This document shows positions 13,121-26,083 of a DNA stretch of 64,000 nucleotides, in pieces (positions within the stretch are counted from its first letter, which is position 1; each line of letters begins with the position of its first letter). The stretch comes from Takakia lepidozioides (lineage: Eukaryota; Plantae; Bryophyta). Location of the stretch: the NCBI GenBank assembly GCA_030704615.1, contig CM060732.1, positions 66,836,001 through 66,900,000 on the forward strand, in the 5' to 3' direction. Below the pieces are notes generated by a model. It saw nothing but the letters and a program-made list of their open reading frames with translations. It was not told the origin of the DNA and did no database searches. Made by a program: the position numbers and the translations under genes.

Positions 13121-13812
13121 GTGAACGGCGGTAACGACCATCACTCTGTTTTAAGAAACTCAGAATGAATGGTGTGAAACAATTCAGCACAATCTACACA
13201 AGCAAAGCTGATCCTGCCGTATTCAAAACAAAAGCAAGAGCGATAGCGAACGGCGTTAACGACAATCACAAAAGATAAGGACCTGCCGGATCGGTGTTGT
13301 GTAATGACATCTATGTGTAAGTGATTGGCGGCAACGACATTCAGTATAGTTTAGGGCGGACAGTAAGTGCAGATTATTCAGATTGGCTCCATTGTGATTA
13401 CCGTCGCCAGCATGGAAAGAGGAAGGACTGCTTGAAAGGCAATCAGACAGACTGTATGGACACTTGGGCCTCTCCATGGGAGATGCATTTTGGATACATG
13501 AATAAAAGATTGCACTTGGGCTTACTATATGAACAACAATGATTGACGGTATGCCGACCCTCACACTCTCTTCAAACACATAGGTACATAAATCTCATGA
13601 GGAGAATCGAATGGCGTTGACGACGCTCGCAATTCAGTAGTTCCTGCTAAAGAAGGGAAGATGAAGGACTCCTTGAAAGGCAATCAGACAGACTATATGA
13701 TCTGAACAACAGTGAATGACGGTACCGATAGTCACCCACTCATTGTGCGGTAAACCCTTAGCAGAGGAGTAGAAAGCAAATCACCGTTGTGATGGTCGGT
13801 AGTGACAATCCC
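13121..13812. repeat. Second, more degenerate array of the same palindrome family in intron 1 of the accessory gene
   Basis: GTGAACGGCGGTAACGACCATCAC (~13122), CGAACGGCGTTAACGACAATCAC (~13247), GTGATTGGCGGCAACGACATTCA (13321), GAATGGCGTTGACGACGCTC (~13609), GTGAATGACGGTACCGATAGTCAC (~13712), and one near 13789. Confidence 0.65.
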
Positions 13813-15027
13813 TGTCTGGGACATTCCACTCAATCTCTACGCAGATCTTCAACAATGAAATGTAAGTTAGAGAAAACTTACTGGCGCCTTCTTAGGTTTT
13901 GAAATTGGATCCCCTTTTGCAGCTTTCCTCTTCCCTCTCACATCTGCTGGAATTTCTGTCTGCTCTAGGGTTTCTGGACCTTCTCCCGGTTCGGCGTTCC
14001 GCATGCTTCCACCTCCTTCAGTGTCCCTGCGAATCATCTCTGCATCCACAAGCTGATGCACTCTTATCGCCGACTGTGTCACAACCGCTGCCTCAGTCTC
14101 CGTCTGCTCTTGTGAATCAGTCTCCGCGTTCACCTGCTGCCTTGGCCCTGTGTTCTCCAACAAACGACGCCTCGTCATTTGCTCTCTTGCTCTGCGTCTC
14201 TCTCTAAGGGAAGTAAAATAAAGAGACTTTCTTCTCTTTCATATTGTAGAAGGAACCCTCTCCAGCTTGACTACCACTCTCTCTCTAAGCGCGAAAAGTA
14301 GAAAAACGCAGTGACTCCCGATTTCTTGCGGGATTGCCTGCGTTGTTGCTTGTCTCTAGAAGCATCGGATTCCCTCTTGCGTGACCGTTATACATAGTCG
14401 TTCCCTTATTAGTGCACATGCCAGCAATTGGTGTACAGCTGTTCGTATTCAGTTATGGATGTCTGACGTGTGTCGCCCAAAATAAACGGCGTGTTCTTTA
14501 TTAGAACGGTTTCAATATTTAAAAATAACAACGAATCCCATAAATCTTGGCACACAGTCTTACACAAATAAATGTAAATGAACGAGAGTTTGATGACAAA
14601 TTTTGGAATATCATACACGGTCATCCTTGTTAGCCAAACCCCACATTCGTTTCACATTTGGAACTTTCCAGGTGCGCATGATCATTGGATAAAGATACAT
14701 TTACTTAATCTGCAATCCCATCCTCAGATCCTGTGGCATGCTTCCAGGAAGTCGGCTTTGTTATTGGGTTTATTGATGAGGTTCTGATTAACGGTTTAAC
14801 AGCTGCCGACACTGCTCCTAGGGATACTCTGACCACTGGGCCCACAAGAAAAGTAATTAAAATGGACGGCTGCATATCTGGAAAGAATAACATAATATGC
14901 ACAGTCGTTGTCTGAGCTTCCTCCGCCATATTCTCTGCTCATTCTTCAACTGTGTTCTGGAGACATCAGTAAACCGATTTACACTAGATCTGCGATAGCA
15001 AGGTATAAACGTACGCGAGGAAGGAAG

Positions 15028-17335
15028 ATGGCTTCCTCTGAAGCAGAGTTCTTCTTTGACGACAAACCAGTGCCGTTCTCCCAGGAAGTCCTTGACAATG
15101 GATTTGTAATTGTTCTGGAACATGTCTTGGCTACCCGTTTTCAGCTGCAGAATGGCTCCATCTTTTTGGAGAAAGATGTGTACGATCTTAAAGGGAAGTT
15201 GTTGAAATACTCTTTCCAAAACCGTGATGAGACGGCTCATATCAGCCAGTGGAGAGTGCGTCCTGGTCGATACAGAGTACTTGGAGAGCCTCGGCGAAAG
15301 TCCCTTGGGTCATATGTAACGCCCGGGACTGCTGCTTCGGTCGTTGAAGACAAGAGGGAGGTGGTGGTGAAAAAAGAACAGACGTCCTCCACTCCAATCG
15401 TTGAGCTTTCGGATTCTTCCGATGATGACATAAGTGAAATTCCAAATCCAGTCCTTCCTACTGTGGTTGGAGAAGCTGATGAAGAAGAGATTTGTAGTGT
15501 CATTCCAAAATTGCGGGCGATGGGAGGAATGGCTGGATTCAAAAGTGAGTTGCGGGGAATTGATTGGGAATCTTTGAAGCAGGTGCCTGTGAAGTTCTTG
15601 CCGGAGACTTTTGATGGCGATATCCTATTTGAGCTGCCTCCTCCTCCGCGAGTTGGAGGTGTAACAATCATGCATGGAATGGACAAGAAACACGACGGGC
15701 ACCCGTGGTGCAGAACAAAAACATCCAATATTCAGAATGATGACAAGCTTGTTTTCAGGAGGACAGTTTGCAATGGACACCTTAGGTGTGATAATTTGAA
15801 TTGTAGACACTTTCTTCAGTCTGGGGTTCATAATCAAAGCGAATGGGAAGGTCTGGCGGAAAATCCATTTCAGCCTGGGACTGCCCCTCCACCGGCAAAC
15901 ACTTTCGTCTGCAAATTCTGCAAACTTGTGCCATCCTGCTTGGCGCTCTGCGGAGCAAGAATGTACTATGTTGTCCACCGTTTGAAAACAATGCCAAGAG
16001 CTTGTGTGCATTTCGGATTCCATAACCATCCTGTCTCGAAGGGGGATTACAGGGAGAGTGTTGAGACAGTATCGAGGTTGATTAAACAGGAGTTCGGGAG
16101 AAACCCATCCGCAACAACATCTGCAATTGCTCTTGGCGCAAGCAAGTCCTTCTTGGAAAAGCCATATTTTGAGTGAAGGGGATTCTGTGGGGACTAAACT
16201 TGACGGTGCAGCATTGGACCTGGTCATGGATCATTTCTCCACTTTAAGTTCACCTAACATTCGGCATCAGATCAATGCATTGAGAATGGGCTCTGGGATC
16301 AGAGGCTACATAGACAACATTTTGGAATTGAAACGAGTGAGCAAGTACGATTACATCCAGGACAATGTATTCCCAGGTCAAGGTGCCATCAAAGTTTTTC
16401 TTTTCAAAATGTCGACTGTTGGGGAGGGCAGTGGGGTTAGCCTCGTGAGGCGGATGCAGAAGACTAGGGACTTGCATAACTGTTTTCTTATGTTTGATCA
16501 TGTGAAACGAGTGAAGGATTGGACGACAATGGCTTGTCATGTCTACGATCCAGTGTACCAACGAGTTATGACAATTACTAAATTCGAGAAGTGCACTTCA
16601 TCTATATCCAGAGGTGGTGCCCGAACTCCTGCTCCGACTTTCACGGGCTTGATGCGTCCATACGGTCAACCAGAAGCCAAGAACCACAAGTTCTGGTTCT
16701 GCGCAAATGATTGTGCCAGATGTGTGCGTGGAACTGTGCGTCCTTCCGTAGTGATGAAGCCATCTCCTCCAACCGTTTGGCCCGTGAAGGTGAGAACACA
16801 TCTCAGCTTTCAGGAGATTGAAATGCTGGAGGAGGCAGGTTTTTCCCTTGCGAGACAACCCCAACTCCATGCATGTGCTACTACTTCTGCGTCCTCCCGG
16901 GTCCCCCCGACAAATCTTGACTTGTGGCCAACCAAACGAGATGGAAAGCTCGTTCGGCGTTTCCCTCCAACCGTTGAACACTTTGGCAAAGTGAAGTCCG
17001 CAAGAATGCTCCAAGCTCGTGTTGGAAGCACCACGGAAGTACCCGATCCAGGATATGGTCGGGTATTCACAATCATCACTTCCACATCTGCTGTTCATGA
17101 CATGACCTACAATATCACGGTTTCCAATTTCCCCAATTGCACATGTCCTGATTTTGTGAATATGCTATCAACCAGTTTGGGCAAGAGAGGTAAATTCATA
17201 CCCTGCAAACATTTGTATTTCATATTTTTGAAGAGGATGGTTTGCGATCCCAAACGTGACAACTTCATTCACCAGGCCATTATGAGTTTCAACGAGGTCG
17301 ATACTCTTTTGCAGCGGGATACAACACATAGGTAG
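15028..17335 (+). pseudogene. MULE-type transposase (GCM/WRKY-like Zn domain, partial DDE, SWIM), frameshifted and with most of the catalytic core deleted
   Basis: CNGHLRCDNLNC...CKFC...CVHFGFHNHP; FLMFDHVKRVKDWTTMACHVYD (start of the DDE domain); CTCPDF...PCKHL (SWIM). Frameshift at ~16160. The sequence jumps out of the DDE domain at ~16575. Confidence 0.8.
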
Positions 17336-20300
17336 CATCAACTATGCAATGTAGTATGTGGACGACCATGATTTGAAATGTGTAATTCACATCAATTCGT
17401 CGGCTGTACAATGATATGGCCTCCAACTATACGGAGTGAGCTCTGAGTGACAACTTTTAGGTAGTGCACATTTGTCATTGCACCGTTCGAAGTCTACATG
17501 TCTTGCTGTCGCTATGCACTACAATCATCTTTTGAAGATGATCCTAACTCTCATTGTTATTTGAGGAGGGAGGAAGGTCTTCCCATGGCAGCCTTTATGG
17601 CGCACACTTTATGAGGATATTTTTTCGTCCTCGTAATTGTAAAAGTGAAACAAGCATTTGTAATTGCACAATGTTGGATGCTGCAATTGTAGGCCTCAAT
17701 GCTCGTCTTGATTCTATTTAGGCAAGATTCCCTGCATTAATTCCACGGTCATAGGACCATCCACGGTTATAGGCGACGCATGTTAATGCTGACGTGGCAG
17801 ATGACGGACAGTGCCACGTCATCATTTACTGCCACATCAGCATGTTGACATGACGCTCACGCCACGTCAGCGTGTGTGTAGGCTCACGCCACGTCACTCC
17901 TGCGTGAGCGTACGCTCGCGCGCTCACGCCATTGCGTCGTTGAATAAGAGTGGGAATACATGGCCTTGTGTCTAGTGAGGGGCCATTTAGGACTGGACCT
18001 ATAGGTATAACTGGAGAGTTGTGTGGGTTTTTCCCAGGCATTTTATGGTAGTACCCATCAATGAGGCTATGCGAGGTATAGTTTAGTCCTCATTGCCTGG
18101 AGAATTTGACTACATCGGTATAACATCCTACGGTAATTTCCATTATAGACATAGCATTCGGGGAAGACTGAGGAAAACATACAATCACCGTTAAAATAAA
18201 ACATTCCACAAACATATTGAATTTTATTCAACACTCCACAACAAATCCCACAATACCCTCAGGCAGATTGTATTATGCCCAAAAATTCTCCAGACATGCT
18301 AGACACAAACTGTAAAAATGGATGCACATCCACAAACAAGCGCACATTTTAAATCTAATGCTCACGCGATGTGGGGACATCCACTAAAACCTGGGCCCCC
18401 AAAACAACTGCCGTCATACACAATAGAACACATAGAATCCAATACAAACTGTTGTCAATCATCTCCCTAAGGCGGCAAAAGCTAGGTACATCTTATATTT
18501 TTATCCCCGACACAATATCTCTAAAATTGGAGTACATTCATCTACACAACCTCTTCAGTCCATAAATAATTACCCATACTGTATGCGACCCATTAATTGC
18601 AGTAGGCTCCACTCAAAATTAATCATTAATAAAACCCTGAAAGCAAGAGGCTACCCCTCCAGTAAATATAATTTAGCCTCAAATTATAACCCCATATATC
18701 TGCTGCTATCACCCGATTGCTACAGAATCACCCGACTAACCTATTCAGAATGGCCCCTTCACAATAGTCTAAAAACTCAACTCTATAAAACAAAACAAAA
18801 CAAAACAAACATCTCGCTTCATATATTGATACGAGATGCAGCTTGCTGTGTATTTATAAGTACTAGGGTAGCCTGTGCCGTTGGCCCAAGTGTCCAGTGT
18901 CATCTAAGCCCAAGTGTAGGACCTCATATGTCTCCCATTGCGTCTCCTATTTCAAGGCCCAGTGTGACCTCTGGTTGATTGGAGGTTACGTGACTACATT
19001 TTTGTGTCACAGCACGTGTTTTACATGTCGTAGTTTGATTCAATTGTACTTTAGAGATAAAGTTTTATTACAATGATGAAATTATGGGACTCATTCTTAT
19101 GTTTCCAACTACTACAAGTTCTAATCTTTACATTCTCCCCAAGAAATGAAGTTGATTTGTCGAAGTAATGGACTTTAGAAAAGTGCATACGACAGTTCAT
19201 AGTCCATAAAAAAAATATGTTATGGACTTTTTTGCACTCACTATAGACACAATTATGATAAAATGGACTCATATTAATATTGCTCTACTCTTAAAGATAT
19301 TAAAGTCCTATAGAGACCATCAAAAAAGTAAAAGTTCTTACTTCTATATATTATTGTGAGCCTCAAAAATTTGAGTTTTGCCAAAGTACATGAATGCATG
19401 GAAACAAAATAAAACAATTGACTTGCTTCACTAAAAGGTACATTTTATGTAGATGAATAGTAGCTTGAGTCTCGCTATGCAATATAATGGAAATATAAAA
19501 AATAAGACATAAAATAAGAAAATAGAAATAATTCTGTTACTAGGAAAAATAGAAATAATGCCATAGTATCTGTTATTGTCAACTTTAGACGGTCCATATT
19601 TTTGAATCTAGTGACTATAGTTATTTCATAATCATTAAATCAAAATTATAAAAAACCTTGAAACTTATTGAGGCCACCTTGGGACTTTTCTGAGCCACCA
19701 TAGCCTGCAATCACCCTTCTAGGGTAGCATGTGCCATTGGCCCATTTGTGAAGAATTGAAATCTAAGTCCAACTGCAATTTCCTATATATCCCAGTGCGT
19801 CGTCTCCTTTGTCGGTATCTAAGCCCAAGTGCAATATCTTACATATCTAAGTCACGGTTTTTTTTTTTCATTTTGGCTTAGAAGCGTAGATGGCTACAAA
19901 ATTTGAAGGCTAAGTGCAAAGATGGCGATGACATAGATGCTTAGCAAAAAATCAACTGTCTATAAGCTATTTCATTTGCATGCAATATGACGATTTGAGT
20001 ATTTTGTGTATGCATTGCATAGGCGATACAAATAAAAATTGAGGCATAAAGTAGTGGCTACAAGAGGCCACATATTGTTGCAATGTGGCTACAATGCCAT
20101 AATCGAAGTGCATTTGCTGGCACTAGAGCCTAATCAAGTAGCAAAGTGACACCATTGCCTAATGTCAAGAAGCAATGTAGGCATAACAGTCTATTTTAAA
20201 TCTGAAATCTGAAATTTGTTGATCAAGTCTTAAACTGGGCCAGCAAGCATCATGGCCTCAATATCAAATAACAAAATGACACCATAGTCCAATTTGAAGG

Positions 20301-21908
20301 AGCAAACTCATACCAATGTAGGCATGGCAGCCCACTCACAATCTGAAATCTAAAATAAATAATCAAAGAAGTCCAAAGATGGCTAGAAAAAACCATAGCC
20401 TCAATTTCAAGTAGCAAGGTGACACCATTGAGGATGGTGAAGGAACAAATTGATACCAAGTGAGGCAAGACATCCCACTCACAATCTGAAATCTGAAACT
20501 AATTAATCAAAGAAGTCCTACAATGGGCCAGCAAACATCACGACCTCAATTTCAAATAGCAAGGTAGCACCATAGCCCAAAGTGAAAGAGCAATATGGTG
20601 CTAAAAAAAACTACAGTATAAAGTAGGCGAAAATTTGAAAACAAGCTGCGAGGAGAGATGACGATGGTGAAGCTCCGTAGGGCTGCGTGCAGTGGCGACG
20701 GCCTGTCCTGGCTGCGGTCAAAACCATGGCGATCCAACAGTCCAGGTCGTGCTGCATGGGCGATATCTCTACCATTGATTGCACGATGGGGCGATAGCCA
20801 CTAGATGTAGGGCTATAGGGAACATGTATTTATGGCGCAACTGGCAGGTTCCCCTGGAGCTTTCTGGCACCAGCCCGTGCGCGCGCCCCTATTTTCTGGT
20901 GCATTTTTTTGTTTTATTTCCCAGGATTTTACATAGGGATGTCGCAACCCTTTGTTTTTTTTATCGCTTTTAGGCTCTATTTCGCCTAAAAAACAAGCGC
21001 TGATCCAAATACGTCTCGGCCAATTTCAAGGTCCAGTTTATATTTTTCCATGAAATTACTGAGTAATAATATAGCTAATCATTATTGATATATCTCATGT
21101 CGAGGCTCCAATCATTGTCTCACGAAAGCCCACTTTGCAATTTTTTGCGAATTTCCAGCGACCAAAAGTACTTGAAATTCCATATACTGAATATTGAATT
21201 TGTGAGTGATTTTGATCTACGTGTCTATGTTTATATAGGGGCATATGCTATGAGTTGAAGTATTTAAAACTAGTAACTCCGTTCCGAGGTTATTTAACAT
21301 GTAATAGGGTAGCCTGTATCATTGGCCCAAGTATCCAATGTCATGTAAGTCAAATCCCTATATATTCAAGTGTATCTCATATATCGAGGCCCATGTGTGA
21401 AGAAATTGCTATTTTTCACGAATTTGTAGTGCGATCCCCAATGTCATTCCAACACTTAATTTTGTAATTTAGTTGAATTTTCAGAGACCAAAATTGTTCA
21501 TATTTCTATAATTCTCGGCTTGTAGGTCCTAATTTTCTGAAACCAAGTCGGTGCACCCCTATTCATCGAGGGCTTTCCAACAGTACCAAAATCGCGGCCT
21601 TTATCTAAGCCCAAGTGCAACCTCCAATGTCATTCGAACACTTGATTTTGTAATTAAATTTTTAAATTTTTAGTGACCAAAATTATTTATGATTCGATAA
21701 GTCTCGGGCCAATCTTTGTTCCAGCAAAGCCCACTTTGTTATTTTTCATAAATTTTCAGCGACCAAAAGTACTTGAAATTCCACATCTCCCACACCGCAG
21801 GTCCAAAAATCATGTCACCAAGCCGGTGCACCCCTCCCCATCGAGGGCTTTCCAATAGTACCGAGCACAAGGGCTGGGCCCCGCGGTTTGGGAGATCTCA
21901 ACGACGCT

Positions 21909-22243
21909 GGGTAGATGCAGGGTAAGGTGGACCAAAATTAGCGTCACCGAGGCAGTTTTCAATAACTGTCGTGCATGATATCATGAATTGCTTTGAATAT
22001 AATAAATAATATTGAGAAACATTTTCCATGATGGATTTCTAACTTCAATATCTACCTATATCAACTGTCAAATTGCCAATCAAATAAAATGTTCAAAGAG
22101 GTATGGACTAAAAAAGTTAAATATACCATTGTCTATTATCATTTGAAATTATTTGGGGAAATATCGTCAATTTAAATTTGGTCATTGACTTCCATGGAAG
22201 GCAACATCTGCCGTTTTTGGTCCACCTTATCCTGCAATTATCC
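21909..22243. mobile_element. MITE, ~29-bp TIR, 4-bp TSD CGCT
   Basis: TIR GG(G/A)TA..TGCAGG(G/A)TAAGGTGGACCAAAA. A paralogous empty site lies at ~23068-23082. Confidence 0.8.
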
Positions 22244-23705
22244 CGCTCCATAAAAAAATAAAACAAAATAAACAAACAAATTGCCTCGCTTTATATATTG
22301 ACTAGGGTAGCCTGTGGCGTTGGCCCAAGTGTCCAGTGTCATCTAAGCCCAAGTGCAATCTCATATGTATCCAAGTGCGTCTCCTATGTCCAGGCCCAAG
22401 TGCGGCCTCTAGGGTAGCCTGTGCCGTTGGCCCATGTGTGAAGAATGCCCATGTGTGAAGAATTGAAATCTAAGACCGAGTGCAATTTCCTATGTATATT
22501 CCCAGTGCGTCTCCTATATGTCGAGGCCCATGTAAGTCCAAGTGCAAACCCTATGTATCCAAGTGCGGCTCCTATGTCGAGGCCCATGTGTGAGGAATTG
22601 AAATGAAATTGAAATCTAAGCCCAAGTGCAATATCCTATGTATCCAAATACTTCTCCCATGTAAAGACCGAATAACAACCTCCAGTGTCCAATGTCATCG
22701 AAGTCCAAGTGCAATCCCCTATGCATCCAAAGACCCTGCAGTATGGGAGATCTCCACATCATTGTTCTAACAAAGTCCAAGTACAATCCCAAATCCCACT
22801 TTGTTATTTTTGCGCGAATTTCCAGCGACCAAAAGTACTTGAAATTCCAAATCTCCCACCTAAAGGGCCAATCATTGTTCCAGGAAAGTCCACTTTGCTA
22901 TTTTTCATGAATTTAATCCAAGGACCCAAAGTACTTGAAATTCCATATCTCCCACACCGCGGGTCCAAAAATCATGAGACCAAGCCGGTGCACCCCTCCT
23001 CATCCTCATCGAGGGCTTTCCATTGGCACCAAGTACCGGGGCTAGGACCCCGCGGTTTGGGACATCTCAACGATGCTACAAAACAACAAAACAAACTTCT
23101 CGCTTCATATATTGACTAGGGTAGCATGTGCCATTGGCCCATATGAAGAATTGAAATCTAAGACCAAGTACAATCCCTATGTATATGGAGACTCCACTAT
23201 TTGGAAGATTTAGGGTAGGCTGTGTAACTGGCCCATGTGTGAAGAATTGAAATCCAAGCCCAAGTGCAATCTCCTATGTATCCACGTGGGTCTCCCATGT
23301 AGAGGCTCAAGTGCGACCTCCAGTGTCCAATGTCACCTAAGTCCAAATGCAATCCCAAAGCCCACTTTGCTATTTTTGCAATCTATATCCACTCTGCTAT
23401 TTTTCATGAATTTCCAGTGACCAAAAGTACTTGAAATCCAAATCTCCCACATGAAGGGCCAATCATTGCTCCAGGAAAGCCCATTTTGCTATTTTTCGCA
23501 AATTTCCAACAACCAAAAGTACATGAAATTCGACATCTCCTACACCGCAGGTCCAAAAATCATGAGACCAAGCCGTTACACCCCTCCTCATCGAGGGCTT
23601 TCCAAGGGCACCAAGCACCGGGGCTGGGCCCGCGGTTTGGGAGATCTCAAATGACGCAACAAACAAAACAAAACAAAATAAAACAAACATCTCAATTCAT
23701 ATATT

Positions 23706-24120
23706 AAAGTTATCCGTTAATCGAGGGGGGGGATGTAGGGTTAGTTCGGCCAGTTTGGCCAAAAACATAGGGTGAATGTCTATGAAGCGGGCCCACAAAG
23801 TATAAGCGAAATAAATAGAGGGCCAAATTCGAAATACCATAAAACAGAGCAAATGTGTTTGATCCCGTCTTCGCCCCACCCCGCCATGGGACACGTGGAT
23901 GAGCCGCAACACGGGCCCACGCTCCCATCCTCTTGACCTTCCCAGTTTTCCAACTGGCACAAGGCAGTGCTACATGCAAGCCACTTTGTTCCACTCATGC
24001 CCAGTTTAGTCGAATTGTGCCCAATTTACTTGACTTAGCGGATAGGCTCAACTGCCCACCAGAGCCGGATGTGGGGATGGATCATAGGGTCAAAGAGGGT
24101 AGGACTTAACCGATAACTTT
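23706..24120. mobile_element. MITE with 15-bp TIR AAAGTTATC(C/G)GTTAA, apparent 3-bp TSD ATT
   Basis: Removing it restores the Helitron terminus CATATATTGA seen in the sibling copies. Confidence 0.75.
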
Positions 24121-25387
24121 ATTGATAAGTGTGTATATATTTGTAGTATGTTTGGGTGTGAATAGGGTAGAGAGGACACAAAAATATGGACATTATATCT
24201 ATTAATAGTATGGTTAGTATCCTTGGTATTTTTATTATTCTTCCTATTATTTGTTTCATTTTTTTTTTGGTGTGGATGCGGATGTCAGAGAGAATGAATA
24301 TTTCCAAGTGCTTAAGATTATGGTAATGTGAAGATTATGCCATAAGGTTGTGTACATGAGTTTGTTTGTACATATATTGATTTGGCATAATTAGATCAAT
24401 AAAGCTCTAAAGGGCTACCTCCCCTTTTTCCAAAAAATTAAAATAAAGTGAATAATAAGATCTTATTTTTTTGACATAATGATGTCGAGTTTGGCTGTGT
24501 GGAGTTTTTGGTTATTTGTATAGTTTGATTTAGTTTTATATATTATTTGTGAAATTTTATTTATTTATTATTGTTTATTTATTTATTGGAGAAAGGGGAG
24601 GAAGCCCTTTGGAGCTTTATTAAGATTATTGAAGGGAAAAAATAAAAAACCCTTTGTGTTGCGATTTATGATGTTGATATGGAGGTTGGATGAAAGTGTC
24701 CAAAAGTTGGTTTTGGGGGCGAATTAATAAAGTGAGTTTTGGATAGAATAGTGCTCATGAGGGGCCGTTGGTATTCATCAGTGAAGTGAAGGGGGGTTCG
24801 TGCAGCATATAATAAGAGCAGTTGGGCTTGCAATTTGTAGGGACATGCTGTCCAAGTAAAATGTAACTGCAGGCACTTCAGATAAGCAGAGTTCAATAGT
24901 AATATGAGGTTGCCATCTTGGCTGGCAGTAGCAGACAGATGGACTTGGAAGGGGCAGCAACATGTGGAGAGGTGGGTACTTTTCAGATCTGGATTAACTA
25001 AACCGACACATATATAGTCATAAATCATAGCGACCCTGGAAGCATGGCATGTAGAGACTAGATTGTTCATCAGTTCCAAATCACTGCAAGTATGTGTGAA
25101 GTCGCATGGTGTGAGAGTGGTTTGCACAAAGTATGTGAAACTTTGCGCTGTTCGAAGATGGTGTGAGCTACATCGCTCAGCTGGAGAGTATATTGGCAAC
25201 AGAGGAGGAATGTGTTTCTGGCTCCTGCATTATCGATTTGTCGGCCACCAAGTAGGTGTGGTTGCCGTAACCAGGAAATGGTGGAACTCGGTGTTAGCGA
25301 TGGTATCGGCATTCTAAATGGGTATTTGCTTTGTGCGAATTTTGGACGCCACAATGTACAATGTATATACACATGTACAATGTATGT

Positions 25388-25680
25388 TTTCCCTTTGCAT
25401 TCAAGTCACTTCTCTCCTTGAAATCCCTCTAATATAATTTCCCTCTTCTTTCCCTATGCATTTTAGGATGTGATTTCCCCTGTTGATGTCCATAGACTAT
25501 ATCTATTTCCCGGACTTTTTCCCTTTGCATTCAAGTCACTTCCCTCCTTGAAATCCCTAGCATATGATTTCCCTCTTTCTTTCCCTATGCATTTTAAGAG
25601 AGAATCTCCCTCGTTGAAGTCCCTAGACTATTTATTTCCCTCTTATTTCCCTTTGCATTCAAGTCCCTAGGACATAACTT
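25388..25680. repeat. Degenerate tandem repeat (TTTCCCTTTGCATTCAAGTC core)
   Basis: Core at ~25390, ~25519 and ~25647. Confidence 0.7.
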
Positions 25681-26083
25681 CCCATTCTAGATCTCTGCAT
25701 TCCATCTCCAAGGGAAATATCTCTTCATAGGAATGTACTAATTGTATTCCCTAGGTGACATTTTCCCTTCTAAGTAGTAGGGAACAGTCCCAAATGCAAT
25801 TTTCCCACATGTGAGTATGTCACCTAGGGACTTAAAAGGGAAAAACGATACATTTCCCACTAGGGACTGAGTTATAAGCACCTTGTATATAGGAGAAGGG
25901 CTTGACCCTACACCTTTACTTGGCTGCTTCAAACTTGAAGTTACCATCCAAAAGGTTAATAAAATATGACCAATGCCACCATGACAGTGCGATTGCAGCA
26001 CACCTTCTCGTATGTGATATCAATCAAGAACTGTTCATTCCTAGATGCGTGCAAATCTCCTGTTGACATCACAATACTGGAAG

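Larger units (their letters stand above)
10233..14178 (-). pseudogene. Spliced accessory gene of the MULE: ParB/Srx-fold domain plus N6/N4 DNA methyltransferase-like C-terminal exon
   Basis: Exons at ~14178-13882, ~13100-12452, 12357-~12171, ~12079-11642, ~11555-11330 and 10420-10233 with GT/AG ends. Motifs VVRPPL and FYVWD(D)NH/RLLAW (ParB DGxHR motif, 1-nt frameshift at ~12588). The last exon reads GATYHACKAGGRSLFGMEGDFDLY. Several frameshifts are present. Confidence 0.7.
9219..17942. mobile_element. Mutator-like (MULE) DNA transposon, internally deleted, with divergent accessory gene
   Basis: 9-bp TSD AATAAGAGT at 9210-9218 and 17943-17951. Imperfect TIRs CAGGGATGCCTCGGCGTGAGC / CAACGACGCAATGGCGTGAGC (15/21). 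Subterminal CTCACGCCACGTCA motifs at both ends. Contains a SWIM-bearing transposase. Confidence 0.85.
18863..24125 (-). mobile_element. Tandem array of non-autonomous Helitron units
   Basis: Minus-strand 3' ends (hairpin TGGGCC-AAC-GGCACA then GGCTACCCTAG) at 18863, 19719, 22302, 22409 and 23116. 5' ends TCAATATAT at 22301, 23115 and 24125. Outer flanks are A/T, as expected for Helitrons. Confidence 0.75.

Noticed and set aside
24666-25320. 177-aa Cys/His-rich ORF
   Set aside because: No recognisable domain; probably decayed TE sequence.
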